Shown one piece after another: positions 19,031 to 28,511 of a stretch of DNA of 33,429 nt. A program made the position numbers and the translations under genes. The stretch is taken from contig JBOFUV010000068.1 in NCBI GenBank assembly GCA_051652765.1, positions 1 through 33,429 on the forward strand, given 5' to 3'. Every line of letters starts with the position of its first letter. Position 1 is the first letter of the stretch. Origin of the DNA: Microcoleaceae cyanobacterium. Lineage in GTDB: Bacteria; Cyanobacteriota; Cyanobacteriia; Cyanobacteriales; Microcoleaceae. Below the pieces are notes generated by a model. It saw nothing but the letters and a program-made list of their open reading frames with translations. It was not told the origin of the DNA and did no database searches.

Positions 19031-20458
19031 TCAGTGTGTCAGCACCCAGGTATCTTTACTGCCCCCGCCTTGAGAAGAATTCACCACTAATGACCCTTTT
19101 CGCATGGCAACTCGGGTTAACCCACCCGGATGCACATAAATCTCTTCTCCATACAGAATGTAGGGCCGCAAATCAACATGACATCCTTCAAATTGTTGGT
19201 TAACTAAAGTGGGAGCACGCGACAAAGAAATAGTCGGTTGAGCAATGTAATTTCTCGGGTTTGACTTGATCTTTTCAGCAAACTCCTGACGCTGTTCTGC
19301 TGTGGATTCAACCCCGATTAACATGCCATAGCCCCCGGCTTCATTGGCTGATTTCACCACAAGCTTGTCAAGATTATTCAACACATAACTCAAATGAGTT
19401 TCATTCCAACACAAATACGTTGGCACATTGGACAGAATCTGGTCTTCACCCAGGTAATAACGAATCATTTCTGGAACGTAAGCATAGACCACCTTGTCAT
19501 CAGCCACTCCAGTTCCCAGGGCATTGGCCAGAGCGACTCGCCCTTCAGCATAGACCTGAGTCAAACCAGGAACTCCCAACAGAGACTCTGGATTAAAGAC
19601 AGTTGGGTCGATAAATACATCGTCAATCCGACGGTAAATCACATCGACTCGTTGTAATCCTCGGGTTGTCTTCATCTGAACATACCCGTCAGCAACGACC
19701 AAATCCCGTCCCTCAACTAGTTCTACCCCCATCTGCCGAGCCAGAAAGGAATGTTCAAAATAGGCGGAATTGTACAGCCCCGGAGTCAGAACGACAACTG
19801 TGGGATTGGGAATGTGACGGGGAGATAGGTTGAGTAAGGTATCCAGTAAACGACCGGGATAGTCATCCACAGGCTGAACCCCCAGGGTGGCAAAAACCTG
19901 GGGAAAGGTAGTTTTCATGACCCGCCGATTTTCCAACACGTAAGACACTCCGGAGGGACAGCGAAGATTATCTTCCAGAACGTACCATTGACCATCGCGA
20001 TCGCGGATTAAATCAGTTCCGGTGATATGACACCAAATCTCTTCAGGTGGCTTTAGCCCCACACAAGCGGGGAGGAATCCTTTGGACGACAGAATTAATT
20101 CTTGGGGAATCACACCGTCTTGAATAATTTTTTGCTCTCCATAAATATCCTGCAAAAATAGGTTAAGGGCATGAATTCGTTGCTTTAACCCTTGCTCCAA
20201 CTGAGTCCACTCTGAGTTGGCAATAATTCGAGGAATAATATCAAAGGGCAAAACGCGCTCCATGTCTTGGCGATCGCCGTAAACCCCAAAGGTAGCACCC
20301 AGTTTTAACATTGCAGTCACGGCGGCTCGATGCCGCACTTCTAGTTCTTCAGGGGAGAGGGAGTTAATTCGTTCAACTAATAGCCTTGCCTCAGGACGGG
20401 GTTGTCCTTCGGCAATGAACAGTTCATCATAAAAATCTCCGGGATTATAATCATTCAT
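19031..20458 (-). CDS. Circularly permuted type 2 ATP-grasp protein
   Basis: [47 protein letters not shown]. Start moved from 20545 to the ATG at 20458 because the extension is tandem-repeat DNA. Confidence 0.92.
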   Translation of the reverse strand: MNDYNPGDFYDELFIAEGQPRPEARLLVERINSLSPEELEVRHRAAVTAMLKLGATFGVYGDRQDMERVLPFDIIPRIIANSEWTQLEQGLKQRIHALNLFLQDIYGEQKIIQDGVIPQELILSSKGFLPACVGLKPPEEIWCHITGTDLIRDRDGQWYVLEDNLRCPSGVSYVLENRRVMKTTFPQVFATLGVQPVDDYPGRLLDTLLNLSPRHIPNPTVVVLTPGLYNSAYFEHSFLARQMGVELVEGRDLVVADGYVQMKTTRGLQRVDVIYRRIDDVFIDPTVFNPESLLGVPGLTQVYAEGRVALANALGTGVADDKVVYAYVPEMIRYYLGEDQILSNVPTYLCWNETHLSYVLNNLDKLVVKSANEAGGYGMLIGVESTAEQRQEFAEKIKSNPRNYIAQPTISLSRAPTLVNQQFEGCHVDLRPYILYGEEIYVHPGGLTRVAMRKGSLVVNSSQGGGSKDTWVLTH

Positions 20459-20461
20459 ATT

Positions 20462-20519
20462 TGCTAGTTTTTGTTGGTTAGTTTTTGTTGACCAGCTTTT
20501 GTTGACCAGCTTTTGTTTG
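20462..20519. repeat. 13-14-bp tandem repeat
   Basis: About four degenerate TTTTGTTGACCAGC-like units. Confidence 0.75.
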
Positions 20520-20577
20520 CACAGTGCTGCTGCGAGGATCTCCATCGAGATATAGAAGGGACTCAGGTCAGTGGACT

Positions 20578-20591
20578 GTAGCAGCCGATAC
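20578..20591 (-). promoter_or_regulatory. Candidate NtcA box
   Basis: GTAGCAGCCGATAC = GTA-N8-TAC; imperfect -10 TATATC 23 nt downstream on the minus strand. Confidence 0.6.
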
Positions 20592-20712
20592 TATTTACAG
20601 TAGAACGCTGTTCTAGCGATTGCGGTGAAGTGCTGTGGAGTATTGAGAGCAATCCATTCCTTTTGGAGCTTTCCCAGTGAGGGGAGTCCTATGTTGATTT
20701 TTCCACACCTCT

Positions 20713-20825
20713 TATAGCAGTGCTAAATGATTTGTAAGACGGGGTGGAGGGGGCAATGCCTCTCCTTGGGAACTTTGTCCCACACCCCTCTATGGTTTTC
20801 TCATGATTGATTGAGGATCGCGATC
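20713..20825. repeat. Degenerate cyanobacterial dispersed repeat / MITE-like element
   Basis: Left TATAGCAGTGCTAAATGATTTGTAAGA and right TCTCATGATTGATTGAGGATCGCGATC form imperfect inverted ends around a GC-rich palindromic core (GGGGTG...CACCCC). Confidence 0.55.
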
Positions 20826-20838
20826 GGGTACAACTCTG

Positions 20839-20871
20839 ATTGACAAATTATTGACAAATTATTGACAAAAT
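20839..20871. repeat. 11-bp tandem repeat x3
   Basis: ATTGACAAATT ATTGACAAATT ATTGACAAAAT. Confidence 0.85.
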
Positions 20872-21007
20872 AGAAAAAAGTCAGATGTACTATATTAAGA
20901 GTAAATAAGGTTGGTTTCAAAGCATTTGAGAACTACAAAAACCTTAATTAAATGTATTTCTTGGTATTTTGTTAGATCGCTCCTGCGGTTAGGAGTAACG
21001 TTGGGAA

Positions 21008-21493
21008 ATGATTAAAGCTAAAGTCCTTGGAAGTTTTTTGAGTTATGACAGCGAGTATCCTTGTCCTGTTTGTCGCTGTGGTCAGTTGTCGGGCATTACT
21101 CTGATGGAGGCATTTGGATGTAACACTTGCCGTCATCTCTTCACCGTGGGGGCTCGGCAAAATCAGCTAAAAATTGCGGATCGAGAGCCAGCCATTACCT
21201 GGCAATGGAATGGTCAAACGTGGCAGGGGGAACATATTGGCAATCTTGAGCTGTCCTGGATTTACTGGCTGGCGGCGGCTGCTTTAGTGTGTTTTCCTCC
21301 TAGCCTGATTGGACTAACTGCGCTGATTTTTCCTCCTCCCGGCGGCGGTTTGGCTTGGTTCCCGATCATTTGGACAGGGGTTGCATTTTTAGCTCACTTA
21401 AGCTTAGTTCTGTGGTTGGTGACAGAAGCCTATCAGTTTCCGGTGTTGCTTTATCTTAAGGTTCGCTGGCAGCAATGGTTTCAGGTGGGCTAG
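21008..21493 (+). CDS. Hypothetical zinc-ribbon membrane protein
   Basis: YPCPVCRCG...FGCNTCRHLF plus two C-terminal TM segments. Confidence 0.85.
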   Translation: MIKAKVLGSFLSYDSEYPCPVCRCGQLSGITLMEAFGCNTCRHLFTVGARQNQLKIADREPAITWQWNGQTWQGEHIGNLELSWIYWLAAAALVCFPPSLIGLTALIFPPPGGGLAWFPIIWTGVAFLAHLSLVLWLVTEAYQFPVLLYLKVRWQQWFQVG

Positions 21494-22068
21494 AGGGCGA
21501 TGTCTTGTCCCTGATGCGTGAAGTGAATCTGTTGGATCTGAAACTCCGAATTAGCGGTTAGGGTTTTCCGCAAAGTCCCAAACAAAGCTAATTGTTCACA
21601 GGTTGAGAGGGCCGTGAGGGGGCGTTTGGCCGTAGTTGGAATTCGGAAATCGATGGTTGCACTTTGATGATGGGGATCAACTTGCAACCGATAGGCAACC
21701 GGGAAATCCTCATTAGGATTTAGCTCGAAAACCTGAGCCACAGCAAATTCCAGGGCTTGCTCTGTAGGAGCAACTAGTTTTTGAGGAATTAGAGTTTGAC
21801 AGTGATTATCCACCTGATACACCGTTACTGAAGTAGTGCTGTCTGTAGAAGTTGGTTGTTTCAGGGGCGGTGGGGACAATGGCGGTAAGGGCTTGGACGG
21901 GGTTGAGTTTGGGATTGTAGAAGAGATGACTGGTGCAGGAGAAGATTCTAACTTGGGGTCTCTAGCTGGAACACTACAGCTCGATAAACCCAGGCTAGAG
22001 AGAACTGCAGCGCAGATAATCCACGGGATGGGATGGCGTTGAATATTGTCCATGATTTTTGATGTCAA
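21490..22068 (-). CDS. Probable lipoprotein with GerMN-like domain
   Basis: Lipobox-like LSSC, Pro/Ser-rich linker, ALSTCEQLALFGTLRKTLTAN. Confidence 0.8.
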   Translation of the reverse strand: MTSKIMDNIQRHPIPWIICAAVLSSLGLSSCSVPARDPKLESSPAPVISSTIPNSTPSKPLPPLSPPPLKQPTSTDSTTSVTVYQVDNHCQTLIPQKLVAPTEQALEFAVAQVFELNPNEDFPVAYRLQVDPHHQSATIDFRIPTTAKRPLTALSTCEQLALFGTLRKTLTANSEFQIQQIHFTHQGQDIAL

Positions 22069-22170
22069 ATACTAGCACCCTCACTGGTGCCCAGCCAGCT
22101 TCTGAGCCGGACAGGATGTCTAACCCACACTATTCCAGAAATGGTTAGGTATTCTGCCAATGTCTAGCTG

Positions 22171-22220
22171 GCCTAAAAGTAACTAGCTTAAAAGTCATTA
22201 GCCTAACAGTAACTAGCCTA
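22171..22220. repeat. 15-bp tandem repeat x3.3
   Basis: GCCTAAAAGTAACTA GCTTAAAAGTCATTA GCCTAACAGTAACTA GCCTA. Confidence 0.8.
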
Positions 22221-22307
22221 CTTTTCCCTACCATAAATAACGGTAGGAATCCGGATTGTCCTTAAACTTTCTGATTAGAGCAGATGGTACAAATCTCCAA
22301 AAAATTC

Positions 22308-23747
22308 CTAAATAAACTGAATCGGACTCCCAGGTTCACCCACATTTTCACCAACCCCAAGCTCAGTAATCCCGGCTAAGATTGCAATTGGTTCATTCTC
22401 TGGTGTGCCGCGCAGAAAAATCACCAACCCTTCAGGTAAGCCCAATTCCTCTGGGGCAGTGCCAAAGAGATATTGGCCCGTACTGAGAAGGATAGTGTCC
22501 TCGGCTGAATTAAAGTCTGAAATCAGAGCATAGTCACTAAAGCCTGGAATAGACGCATTATTCAGGTTGTAGTAAACATTGCTACCATCGCCCAGGAAGA
22601 ATGTATCGTTACCCTCACCCCCGTAAAGGGTATCAATTTCTAGAATTCCAGGTGGAAGTTCAGAGTTTGGATCAACTCCCGTCACAGAGTCATTCCCCTT
22701 ATCTCCACTAACAAAATCTTGGCCCGTTCCCCCAACTAACGAGTCATCTGCTCGCCCGCCGTAGAGTTGGTCAGCATCAGCACCGCCTTCAATGAGATCA
22801 TCCTGCTTGTCGCCCCGTAGAAAATCGTTGCCTGCTCCGCCAGAGAGACTATCTTGATCCTGACCGCCATAAAGTAGATCTTCATCATTACCGCCGTCCA
22901 GGCTATCTCCTCCTTGATTCCCAATTAATAAATCGTTTCCGATGCTGCCCAGCAAAACGTCATTATCTTCGCCGCCGTAGAGGCTGTCGTTGCGATCGCC
23001 CCCATCTAGACGATCATCGCCTTTATCTCCGGAGAGGAAATCATCTCCGATATTCCCTAGGAGAGTATCCTCATTCAATCCACCGAGAGCTGTATCGTTG
23101 CCGCTGCCGCCATCGATAAAGTCATCTCCTCGGTTTCCTTGGGACAAGTCATTCCCTGAATCTCCCAACAGGGTGTCACTGTTACGTCCTCCGTAAATAA
23201 TGTCATTGCCGCTGCCGCCGTCCAAGGAATCATCGGCCTCTAGGCCAGAGAGAGTGTCATCTCCCCCTAAGCCAAACAGACCATCTCGGGTATTAGAACC
23301 CTCAAGGGAATTATTGCCTTCATCCCCTTCCATCACTCGAATCGGTAAATTTGGAGTGGGGGTGGGAGTGGGGGTCGGGGTCGTAGGGTCTGTGGGGGTG
23401 GGCGTTGGTGTGGGTGTAGGGGTTGGAGATGTTGTTGGCGTTGGTGTGGGTGTAGGGGTTGGAGACGTTGTTGGAGTGGGGGTTGGGGTAGGCCCTGGCG
23501 TTGGGGTAGGCGCAGGAGTTGGAGCGGGGGTTGGTGTTGGCGTTGGCGGGAATGGAACTGGAGGAGTGGGTGGATTAATGACAGGAGGTTGAGGAACTTC
23601 TATTTCATCTTGCCGAGAGCGTCGATCTGTAATCTCCAAATTCACCGGTGAACTGGAATCTAATACGGTGAATGTAGAAATCGGAATCAAGATAAAATCG
23701 GGAGCATTCTGATCCCCTCCCGCCGAGCTAGCCCTGGAAATGCTCAT
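22308..23747 (-). CDS. RTX/hemolysin-type calcium-binding repeat protein with Pro-Thr linker
   Basis: Many GGxGxDxLx nonapeptides; (PT)n tract near the N-terminus; C-terminal DYALISDFN. Confidence 0.92.
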   Translation of the reverse strand: MSISRASSAGGDQNAPDFILIPISTFTVLDSSSPVNLEITDRRSRQDEIEVPQPPVINPPTPPVPFPPTPTPTPAPTPAPTPTPGPTPTPTPTTSPTPTPTPTPTTSPTPTPTPTPTPTDPTTPTPTPTPTPNLPIRVMEGDEGNNSLEGSNTRDGLFGLGGDDTLSGLEADDSLDGGSGNDIIYGGRNSDTLLGDSGNDLSQGNRGDDFIDGGSGNDTALGGLNEDTLLGNIGDDFLSGDKGDDRLDGGDRNDSLYGGEDNDVLLGSIGNDLLIGNQGGDSLDGGNDEDLLYGGQDQDSLSGGAGNDFLRGDKQDDLIEGGADADQLYGGRADDSLVGGTGQDFVSGDKGNDSVTGVDPNSELPPGILEIDTLYGGEGNDTFFLGDGSNVYYNLNNASIPGFSDYALISDFNSAEDTILLSTGQYLFGTAPEELGLPEGLVIFLRGTPENEPIAILAGITELGVGENVGEPGSPIQFI

Positions 23748-23979
23748 TGAACTTGCCTCACACTCAATACAGTCAAAACCTAATCTAGACTAATAGAGTT
23801 TAGCAGTTGCTCATCCTTTCTTTTACAAACTGATGCTTTTATGAACTGAGAGGAGGTTTGGAGACTGGCTCTTGGGGCAAGATGCTCTGTGATTTACAAG
23901 CAAGTGAGCAAGATGCCCGCACTACAAACACTTTTAAGGGAAGTTTTCATGTTTTCCATCATGCATACCTGCTGTAACT

Positions 23980-25200
23980 ATGGCTAAAAAACGCTCTCGA
24001 CTGCCCAGAATCATTGGTTTTCTTGCGGCGATTTTGACCCTTTGTGGCGCGTTGGTTTCAACCCTGTCTATTGGAACTGAGTTACAACCGTCTTCTGAAC
24101 CGTCCTCTGAACTGCGGGCAGTCTGGCTGACCAATGTTGATAGTGACGTGTTGTTTTCAACCCAAGGAATTCGAGAGGCTTTAACTCGTCTCAGTCGCTT
24201 GCACTTCAACACAATCTACCCAACAATCTGGCAAGGAGGATACACGCTTTATCCAAGCGCGATCGCCCAGAAAACCTTGGGCAAGGCCCTTGATCCGACT
24301 CCGGGCTTACAGGGGCGAGACCCGTTGAAAGAGGTGATTGAAATTGGGCATCGCCAAGGGCTGACGGTCATTCCCTGGTTTGAATTTGGGTTTATGGCTC
24401 CTGCTGATTCGGAACTAGCAAAGCGCCATCCTGACTGGTTAACCCGCCGCTTGAATGAAGCAACCGTTCAACCGGAAGGCATTCACGAACGAGTTTGGCT
24501 CAATCCGTTTCACCCCGAAGTTCAGCAATTTATTTTAGATTTGATTACTGAAGTGGTGAGCAATTACGATGTTGATGGGATTCAATTTGACGATCATTTT
24601 GGCTTGCCTGTGGAGTTTGGCTATGATCCGTTCACAATTCAGCTTTATAAAGCTGAACATGAAGGCCAATCACCCTCAGAAGAATTTTATGAAACCTATT
24701 GGATTCGATGGCGAGCAGATCAACTGAATCGTTTTATGGAACGGGTTTTTCGAGAAATTAAAGCGATTAAACCAGATTGTATTATTTCCCTCTCACCAAA
24801 TCCATTGCATTTTGCTTTACCTGCTTCTCTGCAAGATTGGTTTACCTGGGAACGTCGGGGTTGGGTCGAGGAAATTGTCTTACAAGTTTATCGTCCTGAC
24901 ATGAAGCGGTTTTTATTGGAACTAGATCGCACCGAGGTCGAACTCGCAAAGCATCATATTCCCTTTGCCATTGGCATTTTGAGTGGGTTAAGAAATGATC
25001 CAACTTCTATTGAAACCGTCACTCAACAGGTTCAGGAGGTTCGTCAACGGAAGTTTGCAGGCGTTTCCTTCTTCTTCTATGAAAGTTTGTGGAATTGGGC
25101 CAAGGAGACTCCGGCACAGCGTCAAGCAGAAATTCAAAAGATTTTTACCCAACCCGCAGCTCGGCCTGTTGGGCAAACGTTTAATTCTATTAAGCCTTGA
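23980..25200 (+). CDS. GHL10 (DUF187/YddW-like) glycoside hydrolase
   Basis: N-terminal TM/signal, ELRAVWLTN, WFEFG, WLNPFHPEVQ, YDVDGIQFDDHF. Confidence 0.9.
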   Translation: MAKKRSRLPRIIGFLAAILTLCGALVSTLSIGTELQPSSEPSSELRAVWLTNVDSDVLFSTQGIREALTRLSRLHFNTIYPTIWQGGYTLYPSAIAQKTLGKALDPTPGLQGRDPLKEVIEIGHRQGLTVIPWFEFGFMAPADSELAKRHPDWLTRRLNEATVQPEGIHERVWLNPFHPEVQQFILDLITEVVSNYDVDGIQFDDHFGLPVEFGYDPFTIQLYKAEHEGQSPSEEFYETYWIRWRADQLNRFMERVFREIKAIKPDCIISLSPNPLHFALPASLQDWFTWERRGWVEEIVLQVYRPDMKRFLLELDRTEVELAKHHIPFAIGILSGLRNDPTSIETVTQQVQEVRQRKFAGVSFFFYESLWNWAKETPAQRQAEIQKIFTQPAARPVGQTFNSIKP

Positions 25201-25250
25201 ACACCTAAGTCTTGAACACCTAAGCCTTGAACACCTAAGTCTTAAATACA
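25191..25250. repeat. 15-bp tandem repeat x4 beginning inside the gene end
   Basis: TAAG(C/T)CTTGAACACC x3 plus TAAGTCTTAAATACA. Confidence 0.9.
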
Positions 25251-25267
25251 AATGAGTTTAGTTTGTT

Positions 25268-25348
25268 AAGATCCCCCTAAATCATATTGAATCAGGGGGA
25301 CTTTGACCCTAGCCCCCTCCTTTTTTAAGGGGAGCTAAAGGGGGCTTA
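25268..25348. repeat. Cyanobacterial REP-like dispersed palindrome
   Basis: ATCCCCCTAAATC...AGGGGGACTTT...CCCCCTCCTTTTTTAAGGGGAGCTAAAGGGGG nested hairpins. Confidence 0.6.
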
Positions 25349-25504
25349 CCACGATTTGCTTCTAACTCAAAGATTCTTATTCTTGTACACAGCCGCCAAA
25401 AATGGAAGCCAAAAATGGAAGCGGGAATATAAGGAATTCGGATGAGATCTGCATGAAGGAGACTTAGACACCACAAGCATGATTAGGATTTAGGAAAAGT
25501 TGGC

Positions 25505-26593
25505 ATGAACCTTGATACTCCTCAAGCTAAAATTCGGGCAGGACGGTTAGCCATTTTGCTGCATAACGGTTTACAAGGAACAGGTGGCAAAACGGGACTG
25601 TCGCTGCTGCGCTATAGTCAGTCCGAGATTGTTGCCGTGATTGACCGAACCTGTGCAGGAGAGTCTTTAGTCAAACTCACAGGAATTGATCGCCCGGTGC
25701 CAATTGTTGCTTCGGTAGCTGAAGCATTGCAGTCCGATCCAAATATTTTGATGATTGGCATCGCACCTCCCGGCGGCGGCCTACCAGAGGAATGGGGGCC
25801 AGAATTGCATCAAGCTTTAGCGGCTGGGCTGTCCATTGTGAATGGCCTTCATACTCAACTGACTGTCTGGGTAGAACGACAGCACCAGACTTCGATTGAG
25901 ACCATTCTGCAGCCAAGCCAATGGATTTGGGATATTCGTCAGGAACCCTCCGGCTTGAACATTGGCAGTGCGGCAGCGCGATCGCTTTCTTGCCAGCGAG
26001 TATTAACGGTTGGGACGGATATGGCCATTGGCAAAATGTCTACGGCGTTGGAGTTGAACAGAGTGGCCCAACAGCGCGGAATCAAGTCTAAATTTCTGGC
26101 CACTGGTCAAGGGGGTTTGATGTTGGGGGAAGACGGGATTCCTCTAGATTCTGTGCGGGTAGACTTTGCTGCAGGAGCAGTAGAACAAATCGTCATGCAG
26201 TTTGGCCCGAACCATGACCTGTTAATTGTGGAAGGTCAAGGGTCTCTACTTCACCCCGGCTCAACGGCGACGTTGCCATTACTCCGAGGAACCCAACCCA
26301 CCCATTTGATTCTGGTACACAAAGCCAGACAAACCCACATCCGCAATCATCCCCAAGTTCCAATTCCGCCGCTTCCCCAAGTGATTCAGATGTATGAGCT
26401 AGTGGCTCAGGCTGCCGGAGCCCTGCAATCGGCCAAGGTCATCGGCATTGCCCTCAATACCTCCGGTCTAACGGAGGCAGCGGCGCAGCAGGCCATCTAT
26501 CAAATACAGGCGGAAACTCACTTACCCTGCACCGACGCGGTGCGGTTTGGAGCGGAGCGTTTGCTGGAGGCCATGCTAAATCCTCAGATGTAA
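25505..26593 (+). CDS. DUF1611 family P-loop protein (DgcN-like)
   Basis: TVGTDMAIGKMST, FLATGQGG, VEGQGSLLHP, LLRGTQP. Confidence 0.9.
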   Translation: MNLDTPQAKIRAGRLAILLHNGLQGTGGKTGLSLLRYSQSEIVAVIDRTCAGESLVKLTGIDRPVPIVASVAEALQSDPNILMIGIAPPGGGLPEEWGPELHQALAAGLSIVNGLHTQLTVWVERQHQTSIETILQPSQWIWDIRQEPSGLNIGSAAARSLSCQRVLTVGTDMAIGKMSTALELNRVAQQRGIKSKFLATGQGGLMLGEDGIPLDSVRVDFAAGAVEQIVMQFGPNHDLLIVEGQGSLLHPGSTATLPLLRGTQPTHLILVHKARQTHIRNHPQVPIPPLPQVIQMYELVAQAAGALQSAKVIGIALNTSGLTEAAAQQAIYQIQAETHLPCTDAVRFGAERLLEAMLNPQM

Positions 26594-26680
26594 TACAATC
26601 AACGTGAGCTAATTGCCCTTTGCTTTTCAAGGTTTCAACTAATTTTTCAACTGTTGTGTAACTTATAACAAGCTTCTGCA

Positions 26681-27544
26681 ATGCCTGCACTAACTTTGGT
26701 GAATGAAAGTGTTTGTTTTGGGGGAAAGGTTCAGTTCTATCGCCATTTCTCCTCAAGTTGTGATGCAGACATGCGGTTTTCGATTTATTTACCGCCACAG
26801 GCTGAATCCCGCTCATTGCCAGTACTTTATTTTCTATCCGGCCTCACCTGCACGGAAGAAAACTTTATGGTCAAGGCTGGAGCCCAACAACTGGCTGTGA
26901 AGTACGGCTTGATTCTGGTTGTACCCGATACCAGCCCCCGAGACACAGGAACCCCTGGAGAAGATGAAAGCTGGGATTTGGGAACAGGAGCCGGATTTTA
27001 TATCAATGCGACAGCGGAACCCTGGAAAAATCACTATCAAATGTACAGTTATGTGGTTCAAGAATTACCAGAGTTGATCAATCAATCCTTTCCGGTGATT
27101 CCGAATAAAAAAGGGATTTTTGGGCATTCCATGGGGGGTCATGGGGCGTTAATTTGTGCGCTAAAAAACCCCCAAGTGTATCAATCCGTTTCTGCCTTTG
27201 CGCCGATTGCTGCTCCGGGGCGATCGCCCTGGGGCCAAAAGATTTTCACGGCCTATTTAGGGTCTGATGAGCAGCAATGGCAGCAATATGATGCTAGTCA
27301 ACTGGTTTTGCGAGGAGACTTTGATCAACCGATTTTAATTGATATTGGCACTGCTGATCCTTACCTGGCTCAAGGGCAATTACTCCCAGAAGTGTTTGAG
27401 CAAACCTGTGCAGAAGTTGGACAGGTTTTAATCCTGCGAATGCAGGAGGGTTACGACCATGGTTATTACTTTGTGGCAACGTTCATGGAGGATCATATTC
27501 GTCACCATGCGGTAGCCCTCCTAGAAATCCAGCCAAGTTCGTGA
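26681..27544 (+). CDS. fghA: S-formylglutathione hydrolase
   Basis: LSGLTCTEENF, GAGFY, GHSMGGHGA, SAFAPI, GYDHGYYF. Confidence 0.95.
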   Translation: MPALTLVNESVCFGGKVQFYRHFSSSCDADMRFSIYLPPQAESRSLPVLYFLSGLTCTEENFMVKAGAQQLAVKYGLILVVPDTSPRDTGTPGEDESWDLGTGAGFYINATAEPWKNHYQMYSYVVQELPELINQSFPVIPNKKGIFGHSMGGHGALICALKNPQVYQSVSAFAPIAAPGRSPWGQKIFTAYLGSDEQQWQQYDASQLVLRGDFDQPILIDIGTADPYLAQGQLLPEVFEQTCAEVGQVLILRMQEGYDHGYYFVATFMEDHIRHHAVALLEIQPSS

Positions 27545-27609
27545 TCCTTGCTTCAAGGTAGTTTTAAGGTGATTTTAAGGTAGCGTTAACATAACCGACA
27601 AGCAATGCC

Positions 27610-27646
27610 AAAAAAATAACGGGAGTAAAACTACATCCACTCCCGC
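27610..27646 (-). terminator. Terminator of the pentapeptide gene
   Basis: CGGGAGT/ACTCCCG stem with an A-run on its left (U tract on the minus strand). Confidence 0.6.
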
Positions 27647-27695
27647 TACTTGCTCACTCAATTCTAAATATAAGAAGTTCTGAAAACCAGGATAT

Positions 27696-28358
27696 CTACT
27701 GCCGGGTGTTGGTCAAGTTTGTCTGATGAAAGTTAGTATTATCTAGCTTTGCCCCTGCTAGATCGGATGCACTGAGGTTCGCTCCGCTCAAGTTGGCATC
27801 GGTCAAATTGGCATCCCGTAAGTTGACTCCACTAACATCAATTCCCTGCAAACTTCCTTCCTGAAGCTGGATCTGACCCAGCATTTGGATGGATTGTTGA
27901 GCATCCTTGAGAGTTGCTCCTGTTAGGTTGGCACTCTCCAAATTGGCCCCAATTAAATTTGCCTGACTTAAGTTGGCATTGCTCAAGTCAGCAATGACTA
28001 AACCCGCAAGACTTAGGTTTACCTCAGTCAACTGAGCTTGGCTCAAGTTTGCTCCGTGCAGCTTTGCTGCAACTAAGCTGCTGCCGAACAGATTGGCCTC
28101 AACCAAACTTGCTTGAACTAAGTTCGCTTCGTTGAGATTTGCGCCTGCGAGGTTGGCTCCGTCCAGATTCGCCAATTCCAAATTCGCGCCTTGAAGATTC
28201 GCACCTGGTAACTGCACACCTTTGAGATCACAGCCCCTACAGCTCTTTGTTTCAAGTAGCTGTTTGAGGTGGGCGGGATCTGCGGCCAGGGTTGGAGTTG
28301 CCAGACTTCCTATCATTAGGAATGCTGCGGTGGCTAGAGTTACAAATTTCATTCGCAC
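27696..28358 (-). CDS. Exported pentapeptide-repeat protein
   Basis: Signal peptide, LLETKSCRGCDL, A(N/D)LxG-type repeats. Confidence 0.93.
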   Translation of the reverse strand: MRMKFVTLATAAFLMIGSLATPTLAADPAHLKQLLETKSCRGCDLKGVQLPGANLQGANLELANLDGANLAGANLNEANLVQASLVEANLFGSSLVAAKLHGANLSQAQLTEVNLSLAGLVIADLSNANLSQANLIGANLESANLTGATLKDAQQSIQMLGQIQLQEGSLQGIDVSGVNLRDANLTDANLSGANLSASDLAGAKLDNTNFHQTNLTNTRQ

Positions 28359-28454
28359 ACCCTCGGTAGACTGAATGATTTCTACTATGCTTCATTCTAC
28401 TGGAATCAGAAATGAGTCATGTCTTGTCTAAGTGTGATCTCGACAAATAATTTG

Positions 28455-28470
28455 GGTGACAAAGATCACA
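28455..28470 (-). promoter_or_regulatory. Candidate CRP-type box
   Basis: Minus strand TGTGA-TCTTTG-TCACC, 9/10 match to TGTGA-N6-TCACA. Confidence 0.4.
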
Positions 28471-28511
28471 GTTATGAAAGAAGTTCTCAAAGAACACTTC
28501 TTTCAGAGTGC

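Noticed and set aside
20459..20545. N-terminal extension of the ATP-grasp ORF
   Set aside because: Encoded largely by tandem repeat and overlaps the predicted TSS.
23200..23592. (GV)n ORF
   Set aside because: Antisense shadow of the Pro-Thr linker.
24988..25255. ORFs with RLRCS and LSLEH repeats
   Set aside because: Translations of the 15-bp DNA repeat overlapping the GHL10 gene; no evidence that they are real precursor peptides.
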